Source of the DNA: Cyanobacteria bacterium P01_F01_bin.150
GTDB lineage: Bacteria; Cyanobacteriota; Cyanobacteriia; CAKZMO01
NCBI GenBank assembly: GCA_039189765.1
Contig: JBCCYL010000029.1
Span: forward strand, 6,494-70,493
Direction: 5' to 3'
DNA length: 64,000 nucleotides
Positions 48,101 through 57,841 of this stretch are shown here, piece after piece (positions within the stretch are counted from its first letter, which is position 1; each line of letters starts with the position of its first letter). The position numbers were made by a program, and so were the translations under genes. Below the pieces are notes generated by a model. The model was not told where the DNA came from. It saw nothing but the letters and a program-made list of their open reading frames with translations, and did not search any database.

Positions 48101-50142
48101 ACTTTTCACAACTAGATGTATTTAGAGGTTCTGCAACAGATGCCACATATCAATCTTTTTCCATTGATATTTCAACCTATATCTCTCCCACAACCACTAT
48201 TCGTTTTGTATCATCCAATAACTTAAGTGATGGAGACCGATTTTGGGTGGATAATGTGAATGTCGGTAGACCTTATGCTTCTAGTGCTTGCTTTGGCTGG
48301 TCTACTGACCTCACGATTCAAGGCTTAGAGCAGTTATGTACGGATTATCCAAAGTATCCAATTCTCAATGCTCTATTTCCCTTCTCTGACCATGATGAAG
48401 TGGCAAAACAGGCCACAAGTGCAATGGCTACTCGAGATGGGGCAATTCCTGCTTATATTCAAACGGAAAATGCCAATACAGCTATCCAGTATCGCTCTAT
48501 TGACCTAACGAGCGATACGATTCTCAATGCGATCGCCCTTGAACCAACTGACTTTGATCAGTGGGTCTTGCCCCACGGTTCCCTAAATAACGGCAGTAAC
48601 CCCAATTCCAATCAGGAACAAACCGTTGTTTGCGTTGATGCGGTTTGTGGTTCAGGAACGGGCAATAGAGAATTCGTGGTGCCATTTAAAGACACCGCGT
48701 TGATGAATGGACGAGAACGCATGGCTGTGAGGGTGCTTAATATGGATGTAGATCTACTTCGCAGTAGCGGTAGCAATCTCTCTAATGATTTCTGGCTTCC
48801 CAATAGCGGATTAATGTACGCGTTCCGAGAAGATGCCGTGCGGGAGGATGAAATTGTTCGACCCAGAAGTGATACTTGGGCAAACTGTAATGTCAATGGT
48901 AAGTATGAAACTGACTCTACTTGCCGGATGGCGATTGATGCTAATGCCTACGACAGTACCGATCCACCATTAAATCCAGATAATCTGATTAGTCCTAAGG
49001 TCGTGGATTACTATGCCGACCCCGATCGACGGCCCTACGGTTTCCGGTTGGTTAACGGGCAAAAAATTAATCGGGGGAATAATCCTCGCGGTATGTCGCT
49101 GATATCTGATAGCCCTGTCTATATTCAAGGCGATTTTAATCTGCATCAAACAACCAGTTGCAATGGCACCGATAATTGTCGGGTAGAAGAATTTACTGAC
49201 AAGCTAAATGCCTCAGACTTTAGTAATTTCTATACTCGAAGCACGCTAGATACCGACTTCGCACGGTCGAATACGGATCTGTGGCGACCTGCTGAAATTC
49301 TCACCGATGCGGTGACGATTCTATCTGACAACTTCTGTGATGGCAGCTATATCGATGGTTGGTTGACTGCGGGAGAAGGCGTTGGTCTGACCCTGACCAG
49401 CGGCGATGAGGGAGTTGGTTCTAGTGACTATGGTTGTGCGGGCAATGGCGATCGCACTTCTTTCCTCAACTTTATGCGGCCAGAGGCCTCCATTGCCACA
49501 ACTGCCTGGCATCATGAAGATCCCTTTGACAATAGCTCGCCTGTTGCCATAACTCGCCATGGCGATCCTTTATTCATAAGCAGTGGCACGCTTACCGAAT
49601 ATGGCAATGGCACCAACGATTACTTCGAAGCGGCGTCTGACTTTACGGCTGCCTCTAATAATAATCTTGCGGCTGGTATTAGAGAGAAGGACACCCGAGT
49701 TAATGCCGTAATGATCAGTGGAGTCGTGCCCATGCGGTACAACCAAAGCTACGGTGGTCTCCATAATTTCCCTCGATTTATTTCGGAATGGGTTTCGTCT
49801 AGCGGGACCCAACAAGCCCTAAATATTGCCGGAGCCTTCTTCCAGCTTAACTACAGCAACTACGCTACTGGCCCCTTTGACCAGGACGCCTTTGAAACGA
49901 ATCAAGATCCCAGCGTCAATCTTAGTATTCCTTACTACGTTCCTCCAAAACGGCTTTGGGGTTACGATGTAGGGCTGCAATACGCTAAAGCGGGGCCAAT
50001 TTCCCAGCGTTTTGTGTCAGCGTCTGCGCTTCGTAGCGAGTTCTACAGTGAACCCGCAGCTAGCGATCCCTATATGGTGAATCTCTGTCGGGCCATGATT
50101 AAGGCCGATTCAGGGGACCCGGATGTGAGCTGTGCTTCGTAG
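45127..50142 (+). CDS. hpsA: Hormogonium polysaccharide biosynthesis protein HpsA-like large pilin-type protein
   Basis: Prepilin-like GFILPTTVLL helix; NKWGAWFRGD, GYWERRAR, GGLHNFPRF, PPKRLWGYDVGL motifs. Confidence 0.85.
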   Translation: MSIFMATSAHFRSIFMFKHPFVNGIKGILQALTKPIQRFANQLVAALLRLLFSLSQHSYRPQGGFILPTTVLLVLVVSLAVGTISLRTYQRTQQVIGDREQRVIYNIATPALDRARAKFEYLFQGDPRFPSGVPSEGVMNSLLLDGSNLLPGVADAYVLSDETKLDINEDGTTDAAWSYRTDTDEDGVDDATVAYAIILQTPRPGDPYQMSDSSDAALVGRADELQVRNAPLSGSRQLVDACQLNDIEVPLEQGWFRDEASSAVLRKNLQVDVYVQPDDPAQTLATLEFQQDRQLDQGNKWGAWFRGDIDISPGPEFNWNGAMHTEGSLMVARTGSSSENRKFTGYLVSAPNSCIYTADASEITVADTDADPGNGIPEFRGQVIGAKAYDTNFDDDDESIFHLFDTPAVTTGDDKVLLDKSGDSVKNNQGYGPADFSLDPLLLATQGISQARDAAIDFNTVYDQTTWESNPINQQHRIYSQSEDPPYLDDFFRADDRFGPNPRYGDVAIPASRTIGDEITGNLLSSEGLSDQVLTREDASSDDADSVGLDGYWERRARQNGLRLITGQRLELGDAFGWGGLDQAGQRRSGDEEPLKPWDGCVGSNNTGRCNEARHRLTLRDNLAAVQATAVYHSSSGTPDDDTPAACWSSTVHPGTPSTLRDSSTFRDLSAGLGSFWPAGNWFAGKPLISNFFLGEGTNGWEYGVHPNAAIDGNSDATVQALQNLAYYAGDPNGGAPSFPPVQDNVVHPYPDMAMWGDFSVLRRIFDELWSGGYVSLSIADKATLRSAACTVGMLAYNVGYLENLDDDPANDPTGLIPDLDDRLGLLSQASGTTTDGQARPNTTALPQLSSLDPPEAYIEGLEEWNILDSAAVSSPMVNLAKLLMFREQLERDRLFGFQDGLQGAEDDFSGGFSGGTNWTNNWTITPTNNGDTSDVTTPGGALQIRDDGLQVSRTVDLSGIADPVLSFDYRRDSLDSTSETVTLEISTDGINFSQLDVFRGSATDATYQSFSIDISTYISPTTTIRFVSSNNLSDGDRFWVDNVNVGRPYASSACFGWSTDLTIQGLEQLCTDYPKYPILNALFPFSDHDEVAKQATSAMATRDGAIPAYIQTENANTAIQYRSIDLTSDTILNAIALEPTDFDQWVLPHGSLNNGSNPNSNQEQTVVCVDAVCGSGTGNREFVVPFKDTALMNGRERMAVRVLNMDVDLLRSSGSNLSNDFWLPNSGLMYAFREDAVREDEIVRPRSDTWANCNVNGKYETDSTCRMAIDANAYDSTDPPLNPDNLISPKVVDYYADPDRRPYGFRLVNGQKINRGNNPRGMSLISDSPVYIQGDFNLHQTTSCNGTDNCRVEEFTDKLNASDFSNFYTRSTLDTDFARSNTDLWRPAEILTDAVTILSDNFCDGSYIDGWLTAGEGVGLTLTSGDEGVGSSDYGCAGNGDRTSFLNFMRPEASIATTAWHHEDPFDNSSPVAITRHGDPLFISSGTLTEYGNGTNDYFEAASDFTAASNNNLAAGIREKDTRVNAVMISGVVPMRYNQSYGGLHNFPRFISEWVSSSGTQQALNIAGAFFQLNYSNYATGPFDQDAFETNQDPSVNLSIPYYVPPKRLWGYDVGLQYAKAGPISQRFVSASALRSEFYSEPAASDPYMVNLCRAMIKADSGDPDVSCAS

Positions 50143-50153
50143 GATAGCGACTC

Positions 50154-50188
50154 TAGATCCCAGGGGTCTAAAAGAACCCTGGGATCTA
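50154..50188. terminator. Hairpin after hpsA, between convergent genes
   Basis: 12-bp stem tagatcccaggg / ccctgggatcta. Confidence 0.7.
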
Positions 50189-50254
50189 AACCTTTGCAAG
50201 CGATTGTGAATGCACCATTTTAGAGTTGTCGTGCTACTACGCCTTATGTTCCGG

Positions 50255-50560
50255 TCACGATTCTGGTTCTGCCCAGGTGGCCACGGGTTTAAGAATCGGC
50301 GGAATCAAGTCATCCGGATGAAATTCGATTATTGTCTCACTCAATCCCAGATATCCCGATTCCGTAAATGACAACAACATACGCTGAAGTGCTAGCCAAA
50401 CCTCTTCTTCATATTCCCAATCGGTTCCAAAGCGCGATCGCCCTGCGATTGATTTCAGGGCCCAAAAGTAAGAATTTCGAACCACAGAGCCTTTTTTCTT
50501 ATATTGAGGCACATCATCTTGATGTAAGAACAATACTTGATCTTCAACTCGCCCACGCAT
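50255..50560 (-). CDS. Conserved cyanobacterial hypothetical protein
   Basis: 101 aa; VRNSYFWAL.SIA, WEY..EVW.AL.RML.SF.ESGYL. Confidence 0.8.
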   Translation of the reverse strand: MRGRVEDQVLFLHQDDVPQYKKKGSVVRNSYFWALKSIAGRSRFGTDWEYEEEVWLALQRMLLSFTESGYLGLSETIIEFHPDDLIPPILKPVATWAEPES

Positions 50561-50783
50561 ACCGTAACCCCATGCAATTCATGTTCTCAAACATTAATTT
50601 AATTTGACCAATGCCCGTGTGATTGGTCACAATTCTAGTGGAAGTCAAAGAAAGATATCCTTGCGCTGGATATGTTTGCTCAAACATCCGATCGCACAAT
50701 TCCGTCAACGAGCCTGAGGGGCAAAGAATTAATATAGCTCTTTGTCCCTCTTCTCTTATGTGTGATTTCTTTAAGCTTCTACA

Positions 50784-52361
50784 GTGGCGACCCGAAAGGG
50801 AATTAGATATTACAAGGAGGCGAAGGCGAGCGCCATGCGTGAGATGATTTCAAGTGATATTAACAATATGGTGAAGTTTGCCGAGCAGCTCATTTTTGAT
50901 CAAACTAAAATTTATTGCAGCGAACTACAGCAAAATCTTCTGGTTTCAGTGCTCCAGGGAGAACGCAAGAATTATGATCAGATTGCTGAAGAATGTGGTT
51001 ATTCTGTCACCTATATTCGTCAAGACATTGCTCCTAAGCTTTGGCAAACCTTTTCTCAAGCCTTGGATCAACGGGTCACTAAAGCAAATGTCAAAATCAT
51101 TCTTGAAAAAGAACTCCGGCGTCAGCAATTAACCATACCCGTCTCAAAATCTCCTCCTCAATCGATCCCAGATCTTTCTATTCGTCAAACAGAGCCAGAT
51201 TCTACTGCAAACGAATTTCAGTTTACGACGCCTACCATGCCTGAGGCTGTAGTTAAATCGTTGAAGTTGACGGATATGTCTACGTTGGGACTGGCAACTG
51301 CTGGAGAAGATTCCTCAATATTACAAAAGTCTTCGCCTGCTAACATTCTCTTAGTTGATGATCAGCCCCAAAATTTGAGGCTTTTAGCGGATTTACTGGA
51401 AGAGCAGGGGTACGAAGTGCAGGAAGCCATCAATGGGCCAATTGCCCTTCAAGCCGTTTCTGTTGAATTACCAGACTTGATTCTGCTGGATATTCATATG
51501 CCTGAAATGGATGGCTATACAGTGTGTCAAAGCTTAAAGGCCAACCCTAAAACGAAAGATATTCCCGTCATTTTTGTCAGTGCAGTTGATGAAGTTTGGG
51601 ATAAAGTGAAAGCCTTTTCTGTCGGAGGGGTGGACTACATTACCAAGCCTTTTAAGGTGGTGGAAGTGTTGGCTCGGGTTAAAAATCAGCTCATGGTACA
51701 GCAGCTTCAAAAGTCCCTGATGATTCAAAATGCGCAGTTAATGGCTCTCCAAGCAGAATTAAAGGCTCAAAATGCGCAGCTACAGCAGGCGGGGCAAGAG
51801 TTACAGCGCCTGGCGGTTATTGACCATATTACCCGAGTGGCTAGTCGATACCGATTTGACCAATATTTGCAATCAGCATGGCAAAAGGCCATGCAGTCTG
51901 ATAGCGCTCTATCTCTGATGCTGTGTCATTTGGATGATTTTGAGACCTATAATCAGCGCTATGGCTATCAGGCAGGGGACCATTGTTTACAACAAGTCGC
52001 TCAGACGATTAAGCGTGTGGCTCAACGTCCTGAAGATCTGGTGTGTCGCTATGGTGGGGAAATTTTCGCCATTATTTTACCTAATCTGGAAGAATCTGCT
52101 TGTGAAACAGTGGCCCGCACAATTTTGGCGAATATTTCTTCCCTACGGATCTATCAGTCCGACTCTGCGACCGATAAATCTACAGAATCGTCTGTTAGTT
52201 CTCTGAAATATTCGTCCTTAACCACAAGCATTGGTTTAGCTAGCGTATCTCCTACGCCGGGTATGGGATTAGAGGGGCTGGTGGAAAAATGCGATCGCGC
52301 TCTTCAAAAGGCAAAAATTCAAGGTGGAAATACGCTTGTTCGAGCTAGCACACTATCGTGA
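50784..52361 (+). CDS. HTH-REC-GGDEF response regulator with degenerate cyclase site
   Basis: N-terminal HTH-like YDQIAEECGYS; REC (LLVDD, LLDIHMP, KPF); coiled coil; RPED + RYGGEIF. Confidence 0.88.
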   Translation: MATRKGIRYYKEAKASAMREMISSDINNMVKFAEQLIFDQTKIYCSELQQNLLVSVLQGERKNYDQIAEECGYSVTYIRQDIAPKLWQTFSQALDQRVTKANVKIILEKELRRQQLTIPVSKSPPQSIPDLSIRQTEPDSTANEFQFTTPTMPEAVVKSLKLTDMSTLGLATAGEDSSILQKSSPANILLVDDQPQNLRLLADLLEEQGYEVQEAINGPIALQAVSVELPDLILLDIHMPEMDGYTVCQSLKANPKTKDIPVIFVSAVDEVWDKVKAFSVGGVDYITKPFKVVEVLARVKNQLMVQQLQKSLMIQNAQLMALQAELKAQNAQLQQAGQELQRLAVIDHITRVASRYRFDQYLQSAWQKAMQSDSALSLMLCHLDDFETYNQRYGYQAGDHCLQQVAQTIKRVAQRPEDLVCRYGGEIFAIILPNLEESACETVARTILANISSLRIYQSDSATDKSTESSVSSLKYSSLTTSIGLASVSPTPGMGLEGLVEKCDRALQKAKIQGGNTLVRASTLS

Positions 52362-53566
52362 ATCTCATAAAATCGCTCCAAACAGCGGACAAAGATTTCT
52401 ACGCCCGTACTGAGGACCGTTTCATCAAAATCAAAGCGAGGATGGTGATGGGGATAATCTAATCCTTTTTCCGCATTGGCAGAACCAAGGAAAAAATAGC
52501 ATCCTGGAACGCGCTGTAGAAAAAACGACATATCTTCAGCCCCCATTGTTTGGCAATCATGGACTACATTGTCAGGGGTTTCCACGACGGTTTCTACGAC
52601 AGACCGAACAAGCTCTGCCATGCCATCGTGATTAATCGTCGGTGGGTAAAGCTTCTTGTAGTCCAGTTCATAGGTTGCGCCATAGCTTTGACAAATGCCT
52701 GCAATATGTTGTTCAATACGCTCCGAGAAAAAGTCACGTAGACTCGGTTCAAAATATCGTACAGTGCCAGCAAAGGATGCTGAGTCAGGGATAACGTTGT
52801 AAGCGTGTCCAGCATGGAATTGCCCAATCGTCACTACTCCCGGTTCTAGGGGGTTGAGCTGGCGAGCGACAACCGACTGCAGAGATGAAATGATATGAGC
52901 TCCTACAACGATTGGATCAACCGCTTGTTGGGGAATCGCACCATGGCCGCCTTTGCCATAAATCGTACAGTCAAATATTTCAACTGCTGCCATTAGGGGA
53001 CCACTACGAACTCCAATGGTGCCAATGGGTAAGTTGTTCCAGATGTGCAGTCCAACAATAGCATCCACATCTGGGTTGGCTAACGCTCCTTCTGCAATCA
53101 TGGGTGCGGCTCCACCTGGAAATTCTTCGGCGGGTTGGAAGATAATCTTGACGGTCCCTTGAATTAAGTGGCGATTTTGGGATAAATAATAGGCCGTACC
53201 GAGGGCGATCGCTGTATGACCATCGTGACCACAAGCATGCATTAGCCCGTCTTTTTGAGAACGATAAGAGACTTGATTTTCTTCTTGAACCGGCAGTGCA
53301 TCAATATCTGCACGAATTGCAAACACTGGTCCTGGTTGCGTACCTTGAATGAGCGCAACCACTCCGGTGTGGGCAATGCCAGTCTTGTGTTCAATCTGCC
53401 AATCGGTTAATTTGTCGGCAATAAAAGCTGCCGTAACCTGTTCTTGAAACCCTAACTCAGGGTGTTGATGCAATTGCCGTCGCCACTGCACAAGGTTTGG
53501 CTGAAGATCCGCAATTCTGGGTCGAATGGTCGCAGGATGAATATCCTCGGTAATGAGCGTTTGCAT
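52319..53566 (-). CDS. M20D amidohydrolase
   Basis: HQHPELGFQE, RADIDAL, MHACGHDGH, FQPAEE, GAEDMS, HHHPRFDFDE. Confidence 0.94.
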   Translation of the reverse strand: MQTLITEDIHPATIRPRIADLQPNLVQWRRQLHQHPELGFQEQVTAAFIADKLTDWQIEHKTGIAHTGVVALIQGTQPGPVFAIRADIDALPVQEENQVSYRSQKDGLMHACGHDGHTAIALGTAYYLSQNRHLIQGTVKIIFQPAEEFPGGAAPMIAEGALANPDVDAIVGLHIWNNLPIGTIGVRSGPLMAAVEIFDCTIYGKGGHGAIPQQAVDPIVVGAHIISSLQSVVARQLNPLEPGVVTIGQFHAGHAYNVIPDSASFAGTVRYFEPSLRDFFSERIEQHIAGICQSYGATYELDYKKLYPPTINHDGMAELVRSVVETVVETPDNVVHDCQTMGAEDMSFFLQRVPGCYFFLGSANAEKGLDYPHHHPRFDFDETVLSTGVEIFVRCLERFYEIHDSVLARTSVFPP

Positions 53567-53621
53567 ATTTATAGAGGCAGGCGTTAGTTATAGCAAATAT
53601 CCTAACGTGTTAAGAGCCAGG

Positions 53622-55889
53622 CTACTGTTCAGAGGCCAAGGCTGGATGAGGAAGACTATTGGGTAATCTGTCGTCCGCAGGCTCATCTGATAACTCTTCT
53701 TCAGCTCTGTCTGTAGGCTTTGGTACAGTCTCTACAGACTCCTGTAGCGGTTGGTTTGCCGCGGATGGTTCAGCTATTTCATTCAACGCCTGGATCGTTT
53801 CTCCAGAGGTTGAGGGCATAAGACTCTGATCTTGAACGGTGTCTGTAAGAGCTAGTGTCTCTTCTTCTGGTTTGGCTGCTAGTTCGACCTTGGTGGGTTC
53901 GAGCTCTAGAATCTGAATAACAGGTAAGGCGACTTTGACCGTTGTTCCTTTTTCTAAACCTTCGCTGTAAAGAGTAATCCATCCATCCATTAATTCAATC
54001 AGATTTCTCGAAATTGCCAGCCCCAGCCCCGTGCCGCCGTATTTACGAGTTTTACTCCCGTCTGCCATGGCAAACGGTTTGAATAATTTATGCTGCTGGT
54101 TTGGGTCAATGCCTATTCCTGTATCTGAGATGGAGATAACGGCCCATTGCTGCCCTTCATCTTCATCTTGATCAGAAAGGAGACTGTCGCTGAAGTCTTC
54201 CAGACTATCTTTAATTTCGGTCTTAATCGTAATTCCGCCTTGCTCAGTAAACTTAATTGCGTTGTAGACTAAATTCAAAAATATCTGCTTAAGCTTTGCT
54301 GGATCTGCATAAACAGTGACACTAGGACCCGGCGTAGACGCTAATGATAATCCCTTTTGATGGGCTTCTACTGCCTGTAACGCAATGACTTCACGAATCG
54401 TTTGGGCTAAATTGACATCCTCACGGGAGATTGTAGAGGTTCCTGACTCAATTTTGGCAATATCCAAAATGTCATTAATGATCTTCAGCAAATGAATCGC
54501 AGCTTCATCCGCTTTTTCTAACAAATCAATTTCTTCTTCTGGGCTATCACATAAATCATCTTTGACCAGGCGAACGCATCCAATAATAGCGTTCAAAGGC
54601 GTTCGCAATTCATGGGAGGTATTCGCTAGAAATTCATTTTTTAACTGATTAGCTGCCTGTGCCTCTTGCCAGGCTGTTTCCAGTTCTTTGGCCCGATCTT
54701 CCAGTCGTTTGACCATATTATCTAGAACCCGAGAGAGCTGGTTGAGTTCTCGAATCTGAAAATTCTTGGGCACTGCATGATTTGGGCGACGATCGTGAAT
54801 ACGACGGGCATACTCTTCCAATTGTTCAATGGGACGGGCTAAATCGCGTGCCATGTAGAGCATTGCCAACAAGTGGGCAAGGGTCAATCCGCCGGTCAAG
54901 ATTAGCAAAATTCGCTTAATGTTATTGAGGCCATACAAAGCCGTATTTAATTTGGCTACGGCCAGAACCACCCAGGTCTCATCTTCAGTTGGACTGATCG
55001 CCACTTGCGCAGAGCTGTATCCTGCCAGCCACTTAACATTGTTCCCAGAAAAATTGCGTAATGGAAACGCATCTTGATCGCCCTGTAATGCTTTACGAAG
55101 AATGATATTGAAGCGACTAGAATCTAAGCTATCGGAAATGTTTTGGCCTACCTCATTGGGCAATGGATGGGCCAAAATTGTACCTGTTTCCTCGATGACT
55201 ACAGTGTAACCCAGTAAAGAGCCAGGTGCCCCGCTTTCGGTCTGGGTGAGGTTCCCTTGGGCTAATAAAACATAACGTAGCTGTTCGTCGGTATCGTAGA
55301 CCGGTGTACTCACCACTAAATTTAGCTGAGGACGTTTTCGCTCCTGAATATTCGCAGCATCATCGGTTTTTACATCCAAGGAATGGATATAGAATCGGTC
55401 GGACGTAAGAGAACGACGGGTTTGGGGCCATGGCCGATTAATTTCACCTAAATCGGAAGTGGCTTGAGCGTTTTGTCCAAATAGTGGGATGTTACACGTC
55501 CCCGCCAACGGTTGACCTGTTGGCTCAGCTAACTGTAAACAACTGACTTCCAACGGTAGTTGGGTGGTGAGGTTCGCCAAGAACACCTCTGCTTCATCCA
55601 GGGTGCCACTACGGAGTGTCAATGTCTCGCTGGCTGTTACCAGATTAGTTTGTAAAGCCTGAATGGTATTCTCAATCGTCTTAGCTTTACGGCTGGCGCT
55701 TTCCGTTAGGTTTTGACGAGCCGTATCCAATAACGTATCCCTCGCCCGGCGAAATGCAAAGGCAACGCCAATCATTAATACGGGAATACTGACTACGATA
55801 ATCCGCAGTATGAGTATACGGCGGAATGATGGTTGTCTTGTCATATGTACAACTTTGAGCGAGGGAGCAACCGTCGGCCCTACGTTCAC
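53622..55889 (-). CDS. Membrane sensor histidine kinase (Cache-like + HAMP + HisKA + HATPase)
   Basis: Two TMs flanking a periplasmic domain, HAMP, SHELRTPL, NLVYNAIKFT, DTGIG, GGTGLGL. Confidence 0.93.
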   Translation of the reverse strand: MNVGPTVAPSLKVVHMTRQPSFRRILILRIIVVSIPVLMIGVAFAFRRARDTLLDTARQNLTESASRKAKTIENTIQALQTNLVTASETLTLRSGTLDEAEVFLANLTTQLPLEVSCLQLAEPTGQPLAGTCNIPLFGQNAQATSDLGEINRPWPQTRRSLTSDRFYIHSLDVKTDDAANIQERKRPQLNLVVSTPVYDTDEQLRYVLLAQGNLTQTESGAPGSLLGYTVVIEETGTILAHPLPNEVGQNISDSLDSSRFNIILRKALQGDQDAFPLRNFSGNNVKWLAGYSSAQVAISPTEDETWVVLAVAKLNTALYGLNNIKRILLILTGGLTLAHLLAMLYMARDLARPIEQLEEYARRIHDRRPNHAVPKNFQIRELNQLSRVLDNMVKRLEDRAKELETAWQEAQAANQLKNEFLANTSHELRTPLNAIIGCVRLVKDDLCDSPEEEIDLLEKADEAAIHLLKIINDILDIAKIESGTSTISREDVNLAQTIREVIALQAVEAHQKGLSLASTPGPSVTVYADPAKLKQIFLNLVYNAIKFTEQGGITIKTEIKDSLEDFSDSLLSDQDEDEGQQWAVISISDTGIGIDPNQQHKLFKPFAMADGSKTRKYGGTGLGLAISRNLIELMDGWITLYSEGLEKGTTVKVALPVIQILELEPTKVELAAKPEEETLALTDTVQDQSLMPSTSGETIQALNEIAEPSAANQPLQESVETVPKPTDRAEEELSDEPADDRLPNSLPHPALASEQ

Positions 55890-56180
55890 CCTCTAGACTA
55901 GTCTTTTACTGTCAGAATCAATCAGGGCACCCTTAGCAAAACCAACTTAATTTAGAATCTCTTCATGTATCCACTATGGCAGATAAAGATGAATAATACT
56001 TTCCCCTCAAGGTAGCATGCACTCGACGCTTATGTGGAATTTGGCTGTCTTTTCAAGAAGGTGGCTTAACTTGAAAAATACTTGCACAATGTATGATAAC
56101 AAACGCCAAGAGAATCCTATCCCAGTTCTCCAGCGCCGAACTAAAATCGACCAGTGTTAACTTAGCTTCGTTTACATTTT

Positions 56181-57374
56181 ATGGAAACTCCAACCAAGCC
56201 TCAGTATCGTTTGGAATGGACCAGTACTATTGCTGATATTCCCCAACAACAGTGGAATGCTTTGGCAGCCCCACTCAAAACGCCTTTTTTTGAGTGGGAA
56301 TGGTTACATGCTATGGAGTTATCCGGTAGCGTGAAGGCCGAAACCGGTTGGCAACCGAATCATCTTGTGATTTGGTCAGAGAATGAGTTGGTTGCTGCTG
56401 CTCCACTATATCTGAAGGGGCACAGCTATGGTGAATTTGTCTTTGATCAGCAATGGGCTGACTTAGCCTATCGTTTAGGTATCGAGTATTATCCCAAGCT
56501 TTTGGGTATGTCACCGTTTACTCCTGTCGAGGGCTATCGGTTTTTAATCGTTCCAGGCCATGATGAAGATGCCCTGACCCGTGCGATGGTAGCAGCTATT
56601 GATCGCTTTTGTGTTCGTAATCAAATTGTGAGCTGTAATTTTCTTTATGCTGATCCTGAATGGCGATCGCGTATGGAAAACTTAGGCTTCTCTAGCTGGC
56701 TGCACCACAGTTATATTTGGAACAATCAAAACTACGATAATTTTGATCACTATCTAGGACAGTTCAATGCCAATCAACGGCGAAATATAAAAAGAGAACG
56801 AAAGGCGATGGCTAAGGCAGGGCTAACCTTGAAAATGTGGGCTGGCGATCAGATTCCCAGCCCTCTTTATTCTCAGATGTACACTTATTACAGCGATACC
56901 TGCGATAAGTTTGGCTGGTGGGGGAGTAAGTACCTGACCCGTGACTTTTTTGAGCATCTGGAAGATTGTTACCGACATCGAGTTTTGTTTGTCGCAGCCT
57001 ATGAGCATGAAAGCTCCTATTCTAAGCCTCAGTCACCTTTAGGCATGTCTTTTTGCTTGTATAAAGATAATCAGATGTATGGTCGATATTGGGGCTCGGC
57101 AAAAGAGATTAACTGTTTGCATTTTAATGCCTGCTACTACACTCCCATTGAGTGGGCGATCGCCAACGGCATCCAGACCTTCGATCCTGGTGCGGGAGGA
57201 CGTCATAAAAAGAGACGCGGCTTTCCTGCTACGCCTAACCACAGCTTGCACCGATTTTATGACGATCGACTTGGGACTGTCCTAGGCCGATATCTGAAAG
57301 AGGTGAATCGTTTAGAGGCTGAAGAAATAGAGGCAATTAATAGTGATTTACCCATGAAAAAAGCTGAGAGTTAG
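56181..57374 (+). CDS. FemAB-like GNAT family protein (DUF482-like)
   Basis: PLYLKGHSYGEFVFDQQWA, PFTP..G.R, YGRYWG, LHFNACYY, GAGG.HK.RRGF. Confidence 0.9.
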   Translation: METPTKPQYRLEWTSTIADIPQQQWNALAAPLKTPFFEWEWLHAMELSGSVKAETGWQPNHLVIWSENELVAAAPLYLKGHSYGEFVFDQQWADLAYRLGIEYYPKLLGMSPFTPVEGYRFLIVPGHDEDALTRAMVAAIDRFCVRNQIVSCNFLYADPEWRSRMENLGFSSWLHHSYIWNNQNYDNFDHYLGQFNANQRRNIKRERKAMAKAGLTLKMWAGDQIPSPLYSQMYTYYSDTCDKFGWWGSKYLTRDFFEHLEDCYRHRVLFVAAYEHESSYSKPQSPLGMSFCLYKDNQMYGRYWGSAKEINCLHFNACYYTPIEWAIANGIQTFDPGAGGRHKKRRGFPATPNHSLHRFYDDRLGTVLGRYLKEVNRLEAEEIEAINSDLPMKKAES

Positions 57375-57841
57375 AGCACAGATGGTTTGTTTTGGGTAGA
57401 AGGTTCAGAGGGAGAATCGTTCAAATATCGTTTGACAATATGTAGACAGTTGCGATGATCGGCTTCAGGCACGTATTCAATAACATCAGCGATCTGTTTA
57501 ATCAGGCCCAATCCACGTCCACCTTCGGCATGTTTGTCAACCATCTGTGACGCTCTATCCAAATATTCATCGAACTCGAAACCAGGACCATAATCCCAAA
57601 TTCGTAGATCTATCTGGTCTTCAGTTACCTGAGCCTTAATTTCGATCGGTGTCTCTTCGGACTTGTCGGAGTGGGCGTGACGAACCGCGTTTGTGAAGCC
57701 TTCCGCTAGAGCTAGCTGACATTCTAGCCATGTCATGTGAGGCATGACAGGCTCTTGAAACTGATCAAACCAGGCAAGGACATCAGCCAATGCCTTTAGA
57801 TCAGTTGTCACTCTAATATACGATTCTTGGGGACATTCCAA
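57371..57841 (-). CDS. Anti-sigma regulatory factor (RsbW-like Ser/Thr kinase)
   Basis: LALAEGFTNAVRHA, IWDYGPGF, GGRGL. Confidence 0.9.
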   Translation of the reverse strand: MECPQESYIRVTTDLKALADVLAWFDQFQEPVMPHMTWLECQLALAEGFTNAVRHAHSDKSEETPIEIKAQVTEDQIDLRIWDYGPGFEFDEYLDRASQMVDKHAEGGRGLGLIKQIADVIEYVPEADHRNCLHIVKRYLNDSPSEPSTQNKPSVL

